From positions 512,001 to 576,000 of the forward strand of contig CAVSGM010000002.1 of assembly GCA_963727485.1 (NCBI GenBank): 64,000 bases of DNA. Direction: 5' to 3'. Below, one piece after another: positions 55,654 through 64,000 of the stretch; position 1 is the first letter of the stretch; each line of letters begins with the position of its first letter. The notes beneath the pieces were generated by a model, which made no database searches, was not told where the DNA came from, and saw nothing but the letters and a program-made list of their open reading frames with translations. A program made the translations under genes and the position numbers. The DNA comes from an uncultured delta proteobacterium (GTDB lineage: Bacteria; Myxococcota; Myxococcia; SLRQ01).

Positions 55654-56631
55654 TCAGGAGGGACGGAAGCGCGCGCGCACCTGCTGCACCAGCGAGGGCT
55701 TCATCCGCGCCACCTCGGGGACCTCGAGGATGGGCCGCAGATAGAAGGCGGCGCCCTGGGCATAGTAGAGGGCCCGGGCCAGGTGATCCACCGCCTCCTC
55801 ACCCTTGCCGCGCAGCGCCGCGTGATGGGCGAGCTCGTAGAAGAGGATCGCCGAGGCGCGATGCTCCGACGCCGAGGCCCGGAGCCCCCGGCCCACGCGG
55901 AAGAGCTGCCACTCGAGGTTGAGGGCGTGGGTGTAGCGCCGGAGGAGGACGTGGGCCCACAGCGCCCGGGTGCCGGGCTCGGCGAAGCGATCGGTGGCGC
56001 CGGCGGCCCGGAGCAGGCGCCGGGCCGAGGCGAGGTGCTTCCACGCCGACCGGTCCCGCTCGACCCCCGTGGTCTCCGCCCGGAGCCAGGCGATCTGGGC
56101 CAGGTGCTTGTCGGCGAGGCGCGGCGAGAGGTGCGGGGCGGTCCAGCCGGGGAGATGGCGGAGGACGCGGGCGGCGCCGTCGAGATCGCCGGCGTAGAGG
56201 CGGGTCACGAAGAAGTGGATCGCCAGCGACGCCAGGTGGCCGCTCACCGCCGGGGACTGGGTCTCGTCGACCACCGCGTCGACCCGGTCGTCGGCGCCGG
56301 CCCGGAGGTGCCGCCTTGCCTCGAGGACCGGCTCGGGGAGCCCGAAGTCGCCGTCCGCCTCCCAGACGTCCGGGCGCAGCCAGGCCACCGGCTCGCCGAG
56401 GTCGGCCCGGGCCGGCAGGGGCGCCGGGGGCGGGTCCGCCGGGAGGCCCTCGGGGAGCCCGGCCTCGTAGAGAGCCCTTGCCTCATCGAGGTAGGTCCGG
56501 TGGTCGAAGGCGGCGAAGCGGGACCCGGGGATGCTCTTCGACCGGGCGCGGCGCAGGCGCATGCGGTGGCTCGCGAAGAGGAAGATCGCGTAGCCGCAGG
56601 TCACCATCAGGATCCACTCGGGCCGGGTCAT
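55654..56631 (-). CDS. Hypothetical membrane-anchored helical protein (TPR-like C-terminus)
   Basis: N-terminal TM; YELAHHAALRG..EEA..HL..A pattern. Confidence 0.62.
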   Translation of the reverse strand: MTRPEWILMVTCGYAIFLFASHRMRLRRARSKSIPGSRFAAFDHRTYLDEARALYEAGLPEGLPADPPPAPLPARADLGEPVAWLRPDVWEADGDFGLPEPVLEARRHLRAGADDRVDAVVDETQSPAVSGHLASLAIHFFVTRLYAGDLDGAARVLRHLPGWTAPHLSPRLADKHLAQIAWLRAETTGVERDRSAWKHLASARRLLRAAGATDRFAEPGTRALWAHVLLRRYTHALNLEWQLFRVGRGLRASASEHRASAILFYELAHHAALRGKGEEAVDHLARALYYAQGAAFYLRPILEVPEVARMKPSLVQQVRARFRPS

Positions 56632-56718
56632 GGGAGCCCCCTTGTACCCCAAGAGTGCCCACGAGGCTCCCCAAGCGCCCGCGGGGCCGGCGCCGCGCCC
56701 AGCCTCCCCGGGCGGGGA

Positions 56719-59700
56719 TCAGGGGCCGACGGAGACCTGGCCCGCCTGCCCCGCCTCCCCGGCCGTCCCCGATCCCGCCGAGGGGACGCCGCCGAGGCCC
56801 GCCTGGACCTCGAGGTGGGCGCCGTCGAGGGCGTAGCCCCCACCGAGGAGCGAGATGGTGCCCCCGCTCCCGCCGCCGCCCCCGCCCCCGAGGGCGCCGT
56901 GGCCGCCCCCGGTGCCGCCCTGGGCGGTGATCCGCCCCTGAACGGTGACGGTCGCGCCGGGGTCCGAGAGCTGCACCGTCCCCGCGCTGCCGCCGCCTCC
57001 GCCCCCCGCGCCCGGGCCGAGGGCGAGGCTCGCCCCGCCCTGGCCTCCGTCGGCGCGGACGGTGCCGGAGATCGTGAGCGGCCCGCCCTGGACGTCCACC
57101 CGGAGGCAGCCGCCGCCCCCGCCGCCGCCGGAGGCCCAGCCGTCGGTCTGTCCGTAGCCCCCGCCCCCGCCGCCGCTGCCCCCGCCGGCGGCGGTGCCGC
57201 CGTTGGCCGCGCCGGCGGTCCCGGCGAAGGTCGCCGCCTGCCCGTCGCCGCCCCGGCCCGCGTCGCCCCCGAAGGCACCGCCCCCGCCCGCGGGTCCGGC
57301 CTGTCCGAAGACGCCGCCGCCCCCGGCGCCCGGGCCGCCCCCGGCGCCGCCGTCGTTGCCGGTGGCGACCAATCCCGCAGGGGCCCCGTCGCCCGGGGCC
57401 GGGGCGCTCGCCCCCGTGGCCCCGCCGCCGGCGCCGCCCCCGCCGCCTCCGGGCCCGGCGTCACCGCCGCGTCCCAGATCGAGGCGGGCGCCGGAGGTGG
57501 CGCCCCCGAGGCCCCCGGCCCGTCCCGAGACGTCGAGGCGCCCGTCGGCGTCGACGGCGAGGCCCCCGGCCCCAAGCGAGAGGTGCAGGCACACCGGGCC
57601 GTAGCCCACCAGCGCCGCCCCGGCGGGGATCGTGAGGCCGGCGAAGGAGACGTCTCCCGCCGGGAGGTACCAGGGGCCGCCCGCGGCGACGGTGACCGGG
57701 TCGCCGGCGCCGGCGACCTCCACCGGCACGGTGACGCTGACGCTCTGGTAGCTGCCGGTGATGCTCGCCGTCCCGGTGGCCACCGCGGTGACCTTCCCGG
57801 TGGCGTCGACGGTCGCCACCGTGGGGTCGCTCGACTGCCAGGTGGCGGTGGCGGTGACGTCCTGGGCGCCGCTGCCGGCGACCTGGGTCAGGGTGAGGGG
57901 CGCCGACTGCCCGGCGGGCAGGAGGAGCCGCGCGGGGAAGACGCGCCCCCGCTGGGCGGTCACGGTCACGGCGACCTGGGCGGTGAGCCCGGCGCCCGGA
58001 ACCGTGGCGCTGACGGTGGTGCTCCCCGGGGCCACCCCGGTGACCACACCGCGCGCGTCCACGGTGGCCACGGTGGGGTCGGCGGAGGCGAAGCCGAGGC
58101 CCGCCGCCGCCAGGTCGACCTGGCGCCCGTCGGAGCGGGTGGCCACCGCGGCGAGGGTCCGGCCCTCGCTCGGCGTCAGCGCCAGGGGCGACGGCGAGAG
58201 GGCCAGGGAGAACACCGACGGCACCGCCTGGACCACCAGGTGCACCTCCGGCGCCGGGATCACGTCGCCGCCGGCGGTGGTCGCCGAGGCGCCCACGATC
58301 ACCGGCGTCCCGTCGGCGGCCCCGGCGGGGACGGCCAGGGAGAAGACGTGGGCGACGCTTTGGGCCTGGGTCACCGCGGCGCTGGCGGTCACCGGGGCGC
58401 CGGTGCCCACCTGGACCCGGGCCCCGAGGGCGGTCACCCCGGCGGTGCCCCCGGTGGCGACGACGGTGACGGCGAGGGTCTGGCCGGGGGTCACGGTGTC
58501 CCCGTAGACGGGGGCGAGGATGCGCACCGTCGGGGCCCCGGCGACGTAGGTGTAGGTCCCGTTGGGCGTCGAGGGGTCACGCCGGGGGAGGGTCACGGAC
58601 ACCGGAACCTGGCCGGCGGCCTGGGCCGGGGCGGTGACGTCAATCTCGGTCGCCGAGATCACCGTGGCGCTGGCCCCGACGGCGGTCCCGAAGGTGACCC
58701 CAAGCCCGGGATCGGCGGCGAAGCAGCGGCCGGTGAGGACCACCCGGTTGGTCGCCCCGGCGGGGCCGGTGTCCGGCTGCACCGAGGTGATCGCCGGGGT
58801 GCAGTTGTAGGTGTAGCCCTCGGGGAGGCTGGCGGCGCCGGTGAGGGGATCGGACACCCCCACGGTCACCGGGCCGTCGGCGCCCCCGGGGGGCACGACC
58901 GCGGTGAGGGTGGTCGGCCCGACGACGACCACGTTCGTGGCCTCGACGCTGCCGAAGGTCACCTTGGGCGTCCCCCCGGAGACGAAGCCGGTGCCGGTGA
59001 CGGTGACCTGCGTGCCCCCGGACCGGGGCCCGTTGTCCGGGCTCACCGAGGTCACCGTGGGCAGGGGGTTGTAGGTGAGGTCGAGGGTGTTCGAGGGCGG
59101 GAACCGGTCGCCGACCAGCTGCACCGTCGCCGTCCCCGTCCCCGGGGGCGCGGTGAAGGTGAGCTGGCTCGAGGCGGTGATGGCGAGCCCCGTCGCCGGC
59201 ACCCCGCCGACCAGGATCCGGGTCGAGGGGTCGGAGACGAAGCCGGTGCCCGTGACCTCGACGACGGTCCCCCCGGCCTCCGGGGCGCTCTCGGGGTTCA
59301 GGGCGGTGAGGACCGGCGCCGGGTTGTAGGTGAGGGGCTTGGTGGCGGCGCCGAAGCGGTTGGTGAGGACCACCGGGACGGCGCCGGCGTCGTGGGCCGG
59401 GACCCGGATGTCGACCCGGGTCGGCGAGGCGAAGGTCACCGGGACCGGGGCCCCGGCCACGGTCACCGTCGCCCCCGGGGCCAGGTCGGTGCCCTCGAGG
59501 GCGACGACGGTGCCCCCGTCGACGGACACGCTCGGCGGGTCCAGGGCGGTGATCGCCGGGACCGGGTGGTAGGTGTAGGCCCCGGGGAGGACGGCCTGGC
59601 TACGGCCCCGGCTCGCCACCACGTCCACCGTGCCCGTCCCCGGAGGGGTGAGGGCGATGGCGGTCTGGGCGTCGACGACGGTGGCCAGGGCCGGGACCAG

Positions 59701-60534
59701 GGTCGTGGGATCGGCGGCGTCCCCGAAGGCGAACACGGTCCGGGCGTCGAAGCCGTCACCGGTGAGGGTCACCAGGGTCCCGCCGGCCTCCGGCCCCGAG
59801 TCGGGGTCGACGGCGGTGAGGCTCGGGGCCACCCGGACCACCGCCAGCCCCGCCCCGTGGCCCACGTTGCCCGCGGCGTCGGTGGCGGTGATGGCGAGCT
59901 CGATCCGGGCCCCCTCGGGGGCGGCGGCGGGGACCGGGACGGCGAGGTCGACGGCGGCGTCCGGGTCCGGGGTCCCGGTGGGCGCCCAGGTGAGGGGCGC
60001 CAGGGCCTGGCAGCCGCTCCCGTCGTCCACGCAGGCGTCGAGGGTCACCCCGGCGACCCCGCTGGGGTCGTGGACCGCGAGGTGGACGGCGAGATCCTGC
60101 CCCGGCGCCGCGGGACCGCCCGGGGTCGGGGCGGCGACCTTCACCGTGGGCCCCAGGACGTCGACGACGGTGTACCCGCCGGGGAGCGCCGCGTCGCGGC
60201 CCCCGGGGGTCTCGACCTTCACCGCGTAGACGCCGGGATCGAGGCCCGGGGGGACCACGGCGGTGACCAGCCCCGCCGACCAGCGGACGTCGGTGAGGGG
60301 CGTGTCGCCCACGAAGGCCTTGAAGGTGCCCGAGACGGTGCCCTTGCCGGTGGAGAGGTCGAGGGCGGCCCCGGGGAGGAGGTTCTCGCCCACGAGGGTG
60401 ATGGCCGTCGACCGGTCGTTGGGCCCGCTCGCCGGGAGGACCTTCGTCAGGCGGGGGACGGGCAGCGTCTGGCCGCCGCAGGCGGTGGCGAAGAGGGTGC
60501 CGAGGAGGACGCTCGCCAGGACGCGGCGCCGCAC
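56719..60534 (-). CDS. Large lipoprotein with multiple IPT/TIG and Big_2 domains and a Gly-rich C-terminal domain
   Basis: GTG overlapping the upstream TAG, lipobox LFATAC, about 6 P..GP..GGT.V...G..F repeats, two SSDPTVATVD..G motifs, poly-Gly tail. Confidence 0.82.
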   Translation of the reverse strand: MRRRVLASVLLGTLFATACGGQTLPVPRLTKVLPASGPNDRSTAITLVGENLLPGAALDLSTGKGTVSGTFKAFVGDTPLTDVRWSAGLVTAVVPPGLDPGVYAVKVETPGGRDAALPGGYTVVDVLGPTVKVAAPTPGGPAAPGQDLAVHLAVHDPSGVAGVTLDACVDDGSGCQALAPLTWAPTGTPDPDAAVDLAVPVPAAAPEGARIELAITATDAAGNVGHGAGLAVVRVAPSLTAVDPDSGPEAGGTLVTLTGDGFDARTVFAFGDAADPTTLVPALATVVDAQTAIALTPPGTGTVDVVASRGRSQAVLPGAYTYHPVPAITALDPPSVSVDGGTVVALEGTDLAPGATVTVAGAPVPVTFASPTRVDIRVPAHDAGAVPVVLTNRFGAATKPLTYNPAPVLTALNPESAPEAGGTVVEVTGTGFVSDPSTRILVGGVPATGLAITASSQLTFTAPPGTGTATVQLVGDRFPPSNTLDLTYNPLPTVTSVSPDNGPRSGGTQVTVTGTGFVSGGTPKVTFGSVEATNVVVVGPTTLTAVVPPGGADGPVTVGVSDPLTGAASLPEGYTYNCTPAITSVQPDTGPAGATNRVVLTGRCFAADPGLGVTFGTAVGASATVISATEIDVTAPAQAAGQVPVSVTLPRRDPSTPNGTYTYVAGAPTVRILAPVYGDTVTPGQTLAVTVVATGGTAGVTALGARVQVGTGAPVTASAAVTQAQSVAHVFSLAVPAGAADGTPVIVGASATTAGGDVIPAPEVHLVVQAVPSVFSLALSPSPLALTPSEGRTLAAVATRSDGRQVDLAAAGLGFASADPTVATVDARGVVTGVAPGSTTVSATVPGAGLTAQVAVTVTAQRGRVFPARLLLPAGQSAPLTLTQVAGSGAQDVTATATWQSSDPTVATVDATGKVTAVATGTASITGSYQSVSVTVPVEVAGAGDPVTVAAGGPWYLPAGDVSFAGLTIPAGAALVGYGPVCLHLSLGAGGLAVDADGRLDVSGRAGGLGGATSGARLDLGRGGDAGPGGGGGGAGGGATGASAPAPGDGAPAGLVATGNDGGAGGGPGAGGGGVFGQAGPAGGGGAFGGDAGRGGDGQAATFAGTAGAANGGTAAGGGSGGGGGGYGQTDGWASGGGGGGGCLRVDVQGGPLTISGTVRADGGQGGASLALGPGAGGGGGGSAGTVQLSDPGATVTVQGRITAQGGTGGGHGALGGGGGGGSGGTISLLGGGYALDGAHLEVQAGLGGVPSAGSGTAGEAGQAGQVSVGP

Positions 60535-62595
60535 TAGAGCTCCAGCCGGTAGCCCAGGGCGGCGGAGGGACCGCCGACCTGGCCGGTGACGTCGACGGCG
60601 CCGGCGCCGGTCCGGTTGGCGTAGAGGTAGCTCCCCTGGAGGAAGAGGTAGCCCGGGCCGAGGCGCCAGCCCGCCTCGACGCGCCCGGCGGCCCCGAAGA
60701 GGGTGTCGTGGATGGGCACGTCCCCGGAATCCCGGGAGCGTGATGTCGCCGGGGAGGAGGACCACGCCGGCACCGAGGCCCACGGAGAGGAGCCAGTGGA
60801 CGTGCCGGAGGGACCAGCGGACCTCGCCGAGGAGCGGGGCCACGAAGACCCGGCTCCGGGCGGTCCCCCCGCCGGTGAGGGCGAACCGGCCCTGGGCCTG
60901 CCCCACGCCCCAGACCACCCCGAGGCTCCACTGGCTGGTGGCGCTCCCGGCGACCTTGAGGCCGAGGGCCAGGCTCCCGAAGGGGCCTGCGAGCTGGCCG
61001 AGGTTGGTCCGGTAGCCCCCGGCGACCTCCACGAAGGCCAGGGGCTGGCGGAGGACGTTCACCGCCGGGTGGAGGGTCACCTGGACCGTCCGGGTCAGGG
61101 CTCCGGCGTGGAGGGTGACGGTGTCCGACTGGCGCCCGTGGCCGGTGGCGGCGCCCCCGGCGACGGTGACCTCGATGAGCGGCACCCGGTAGCGCACCGC
61201 CCAGCCACCCTGGCCGTCGGGGCTGGGGGTCGCCACCGAGCCCAGGCGGGCCCGGGCGGTCGGGGCGAGGCCCGGCATCGGGTGCCCCTCCGCGTCGAGG
61301 ACGTGGACGTGGAGGACCACCGCCTCTTCGCCGTCGGCGGTGAGGCTCACCTGCTGGGGGTCGACGGTGAGGGTCCTCGGCTTGTAGGGCTCGAGGGTGA
61401 GCTTCGCCTGGCCGGCGAGCTTGCCCACGGTGGCGGTCACCGCGACGGCGCGGGCGGAGGCCTCGGGGCCGAGCCGGGTGGGCGTGACCCGGGCCCGGTA
61501 GACGCCCTTGCCCACCTCGGAGACCGGGGTGGCCCGGAGGCCCGCGGGCAGGGCGAGGGTGGGCTCGAGGCCCGGGACCCCGAGCCCCAGGGCGTCGAGG
61601 ACGGTGACGGTGACCATCACCCCGGTCTGGCCGTCGGCGACGAGGCGCGCCGGCGCCAGGGCCACCGCCACCCGGGCCGGCGTCTGGCGGCCGAGTGAGA
61701 TCCGGGCCTCGGCGTGGCTCTTGGGATCACCCCTGACGTTGGCGGTGAAGGCCACGGCCTGGTCGGGGGTCCCCGGGGGCGCGGTGTAGGTGGCGTCGAA
61801 GACCGGGCCGGTGTCGTGGGTGACGGTCCCGACCTTCCCCACCGCGGCGGTGAGCTTGAAGTCGCCGGCGCGCGGCAGCTTGCCGCCGACGGCGTCGAAG
61901 TAGAGGTGGAGGCGGGCCCGGCTCACCCCGTCGGCGATGATGGTGTGGGGCACCAGGGCCAGGGTGAGGCGGTTGTAGGGGGGCACGTGGAGGGCCAGGG
62001 TCCGGGAGGTGCGCTTCCCCCGCCGGCCGGTGGCGGTGATGGTCGCCTCGGGGACCCCCGGGGGCACCACCAGGCGCAGGACCGCGCGGCCGTGGCGGTT
62101 GGCCCGGAACGGCCCGAAGCGCGCCCCGGCGACCCGGGCGGTGATCCGCGCCCGGGGCACGGTCTTCACCGGCACCCGCGCCGACCCGAGCAGGGACACC
62201 CGGAAGAAGGCCACCGGGGCCTCGGGGCCGGTCTCGAACCAGATGGCGACGATGGCCACCTGGGGGTACCGGGGCTTCGGGGGGGTGTAGGCGACCTCGT
62301 ACTCGCCCGGGCCGAGGCGGCGGACCTGCCCCAGGGAGCCCACGTTCACCGAGGCGCGCAGGGGCCGCAGCGCCCCGGGCGGCTCCGGGGCCTGGATGTG
62401 GAAGACCGCGGCCTGGGTCCGGCCGAGGACGATGCGCCCGGGGCGGGTGGTGAGCCGCGCCGGGAAGGCGCCCTGCCCCACCACCGTGGAGGGCACCGCG
62501 GGGGCGGCGGGCGCCGGCGGCGCGGCGAGGGCGCCGCTCCCGACCAGGGCGCAGGAGGCAACTGCAAGGGCTCGCAGGAGGGCTCGCACCGGCAT
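60534..62595 (-). CDS. Secreted protein with invasin-like Ig repeats and a C-terminal beta-barrel-like region (frameshift near 60726)
   Basis: Signal peptide, three ADG...V.D..G Big_1-like repeats, amphipathic strands; removing one C gives the ending GYLFLQGSY...LGYRLEL-stop. Confidence 0.72.
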
Positions 62596-62636
62596 TCGGC
62601 ATGGTAGCGGCAAACCCGCGACGATTGGAAGTGGCC

Positions 62637-62682
62637 GCGGTGCGCGCGTCGACCGTGAAGCGGTGCACGCGTTGACCGTGAA
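62637..62682. promoter_or_regulatory. Tandem 23-bp direct repeat of a pseudo-palindrome upstream of the BMC operon
   Basis: GCGGTGCGCGCGTCGACCGTGAA / GCGGTGCACGCGTTGACCGTGAA (21/23 identical); the second copy contains TTGACC. Confidence 0.65.
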
Positions 62683-62723
62683 CAGACCCCGTGTTACTTC
62701 CGCCCGACTCGGAGGCCTCGAAC

Positions 62724-63357
62724 ATGAGCGTCACGCTGCGTACCTACAGCTTCCTCGACTCCCTGCAGCCGCAGATCGCCTCGTTCATCGGGACCACGTC
62801 CCGGGGCTTCCTGCCGGTGCCCCACGTGGCCTCGCTCTTCGTGGAGATCGCCCCGGGCATCGCCATCAACACGGTGACCGACGCGGCCCTCAAGTCCACC
62901 GACGTGGCCCCGGCGGCCCTGGTGGTCGAGCGCGCCTTCGGCTGCCTCGAGGTCCACCACGCCGGACCAGGGCGAGGTCCGCAGCGCCGGCGAGGCCATC
63001 CTCGACCACCTCGGGGTCAAGGAAGAGGACCGGATGAAGCCCCGGGTCCTCACCAACCAGATCATCCGGAGCGTGGAGCCCTACCAGGCGCAGCTGATCA
63101 ACCGGATCCGCTACGGCCACATGCTCCTCCCGGGGGACAGCCTCTTCATCTTCGAGTGCGAGCCGGCAGGCTACGCCGCCTTCGCCGCCAACGAGGCGGA
63201 GAAGGCCGCGGACGTGAACCTGATCGAGCTGCGCTTCTTCGGCGCCTACGGGCGCCTCTACATGGGTGGGACCGAGTCGGAGATCGACTCGGCGGCGGCC
63301 GCGGCAACCGCGGCCATCGAGAGCATCACCGGGGTCGAGATCCCAAGCCGGCGGTAG
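62724..63357 (+). CDS. BMC shell tandem-domain trimer (CcmP/CsoS1D-like BMC-T), frameshift near 62963
   Basis: [41 protein letters not shown] and GAYGRLY in the second frame. Confidence 0.9.
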
Positions 63358-63389
63358 CACACCGCCGCGTGCACCAAGAGGGAAGCTAG

Positions 63390-63686
63390 ATGGCTGACGC
63401 GCTGGGCATGATCGAGACAAAGGGCTTCGTGGGCATGGTCGAAGCGGCCGACGCCATGGTGAAGGCGGCCAAGGTCGACCTCGTGCACTACGAGAAGATC
63501 GGCGGCGGGTACGTGACCGCCATCGTCCGCGGCGACGTGGCCGCGGTGAAGGCGGCCACCGACGCCGGCGCCCGCGCCGCGGAGCGGGTGGGCGAGCTGG
63601 TGAGCGTCCACGTGATCCCCCGGCCGCACGCCAACCTCGACGCGGCCCTGCCCCTGGGGCGGGGCGGCGACGTCGGCGAAAGCTGA
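63390..63686 (+). CDS. BMC shell hexamer (BMC-H, EutM/PduA/CcmK family)
   Basis: ALGMIET.G....[25 protein letters not shown]. Confidence 0.96.
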   Translation: MADALGMIETKGFVGMVEAADAMVKAAKVDLVHYEKIGGGYVTAIVRGDVAAVKAATDAGARAAERVGELVSVHVIPRPHANLDAALPLGRGGDVGES

Positions 63687-63689
63687 CCG

Positions 63690-63980
63690 ATGCTCCTGGG
63701 CAAGGTGGTCGGAACCGTGGTCTCCACCCGCAAGGAGGAGACCCTGGACGGCCTCCGGTTCCTGGTGGTCCGCGCCATGGACCCGGAGACCGGGGCCGTC
63801 GCCGGCAACCCGGTGGTCGCCGCGGACGCGGTGGGCGCCGGGGTCGGCGAGGTGGTCCTCTACGCCAGCGGCTCCTCGGCGCGACAGACCGCGTCGACCA
63901 AGGAGCGGCCGGTGGACGCCACCATCATGGCCATCGTGGACGAGGTGGAGGTCGGCGGGACCACGACCTTCCGGAAGTGA
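63690..63980 (+). CDS. BMC vertex pentamer (BMC-P, EutN/CcmL family)
   Basis: [24 protein letters not shown]...GSSAR, VDA.I.AIVD. Confidence 0.95.
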   Translation: MLLGKVVGTVVSTRKEETLDGLRFLVVRAMDPETGAVAGNPVVAADAVGAGVGEVVLYASGSSARQTASTKERPVDATIMAIVDEVEVGGTTTFRK

Positions 63981-64000
63981 GGTCGGGGCCCCCCGCCCCG

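Noticed and set aside
56719..62613. Single 1964-aa giant ORF
   Set aside because: The fusion arises from a one-base indel near 60726. An internal lipoprotein signal peptide and an alternative-frame barrel ending with a stop at 60534 show two genes.

Overview
This is a very GC-rich bacterial chromosome segment. Gene content and order point to Myxococcota/Deltaproteobacteria (inference). Most of it is housekeeping: mlaDFE-alr; the ancestral accA-pheA-hisC-tyrA-aroA-cmk-rpsA-sppA-ihfB-HIT-lapA-lapB run, interrupted by two opposite-strand gene pairs; miaA-mutL; ccsA-hemACD; trxA; mreCD-mrdA-rodA; ppiD and psd. Accessory content includes two paralogous Cys-rich Ig-domain lipoproteins (one with a candidate sigma-54 promoter and followed by a small beta-barrel-like gene), an FHA-GGDEF cyclase, a PP2C-cNMP phosphatase and an Hsp70 with only the nucleotide-binding domain. 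There is also an Ig-repeat/beta-barrel gene coupled to a giant IPT/TIG Gly-rich lipoprotein. At the right edge lies the start of a Haliangium-type bacterial microcompartment shell operon (BMC-T, BMC-H, BMC-P), preceded by a tandem 23-bp pseudo-palindromic repeat. About 11 small indels break conserved, often essential genes and are most likely consensus errors, so many long ORFs in the supplied track are artefacts. I saw no rRNA, tRNA, CRISPR array or transposase. All family calls come from motif recognition by eye, not database searches.
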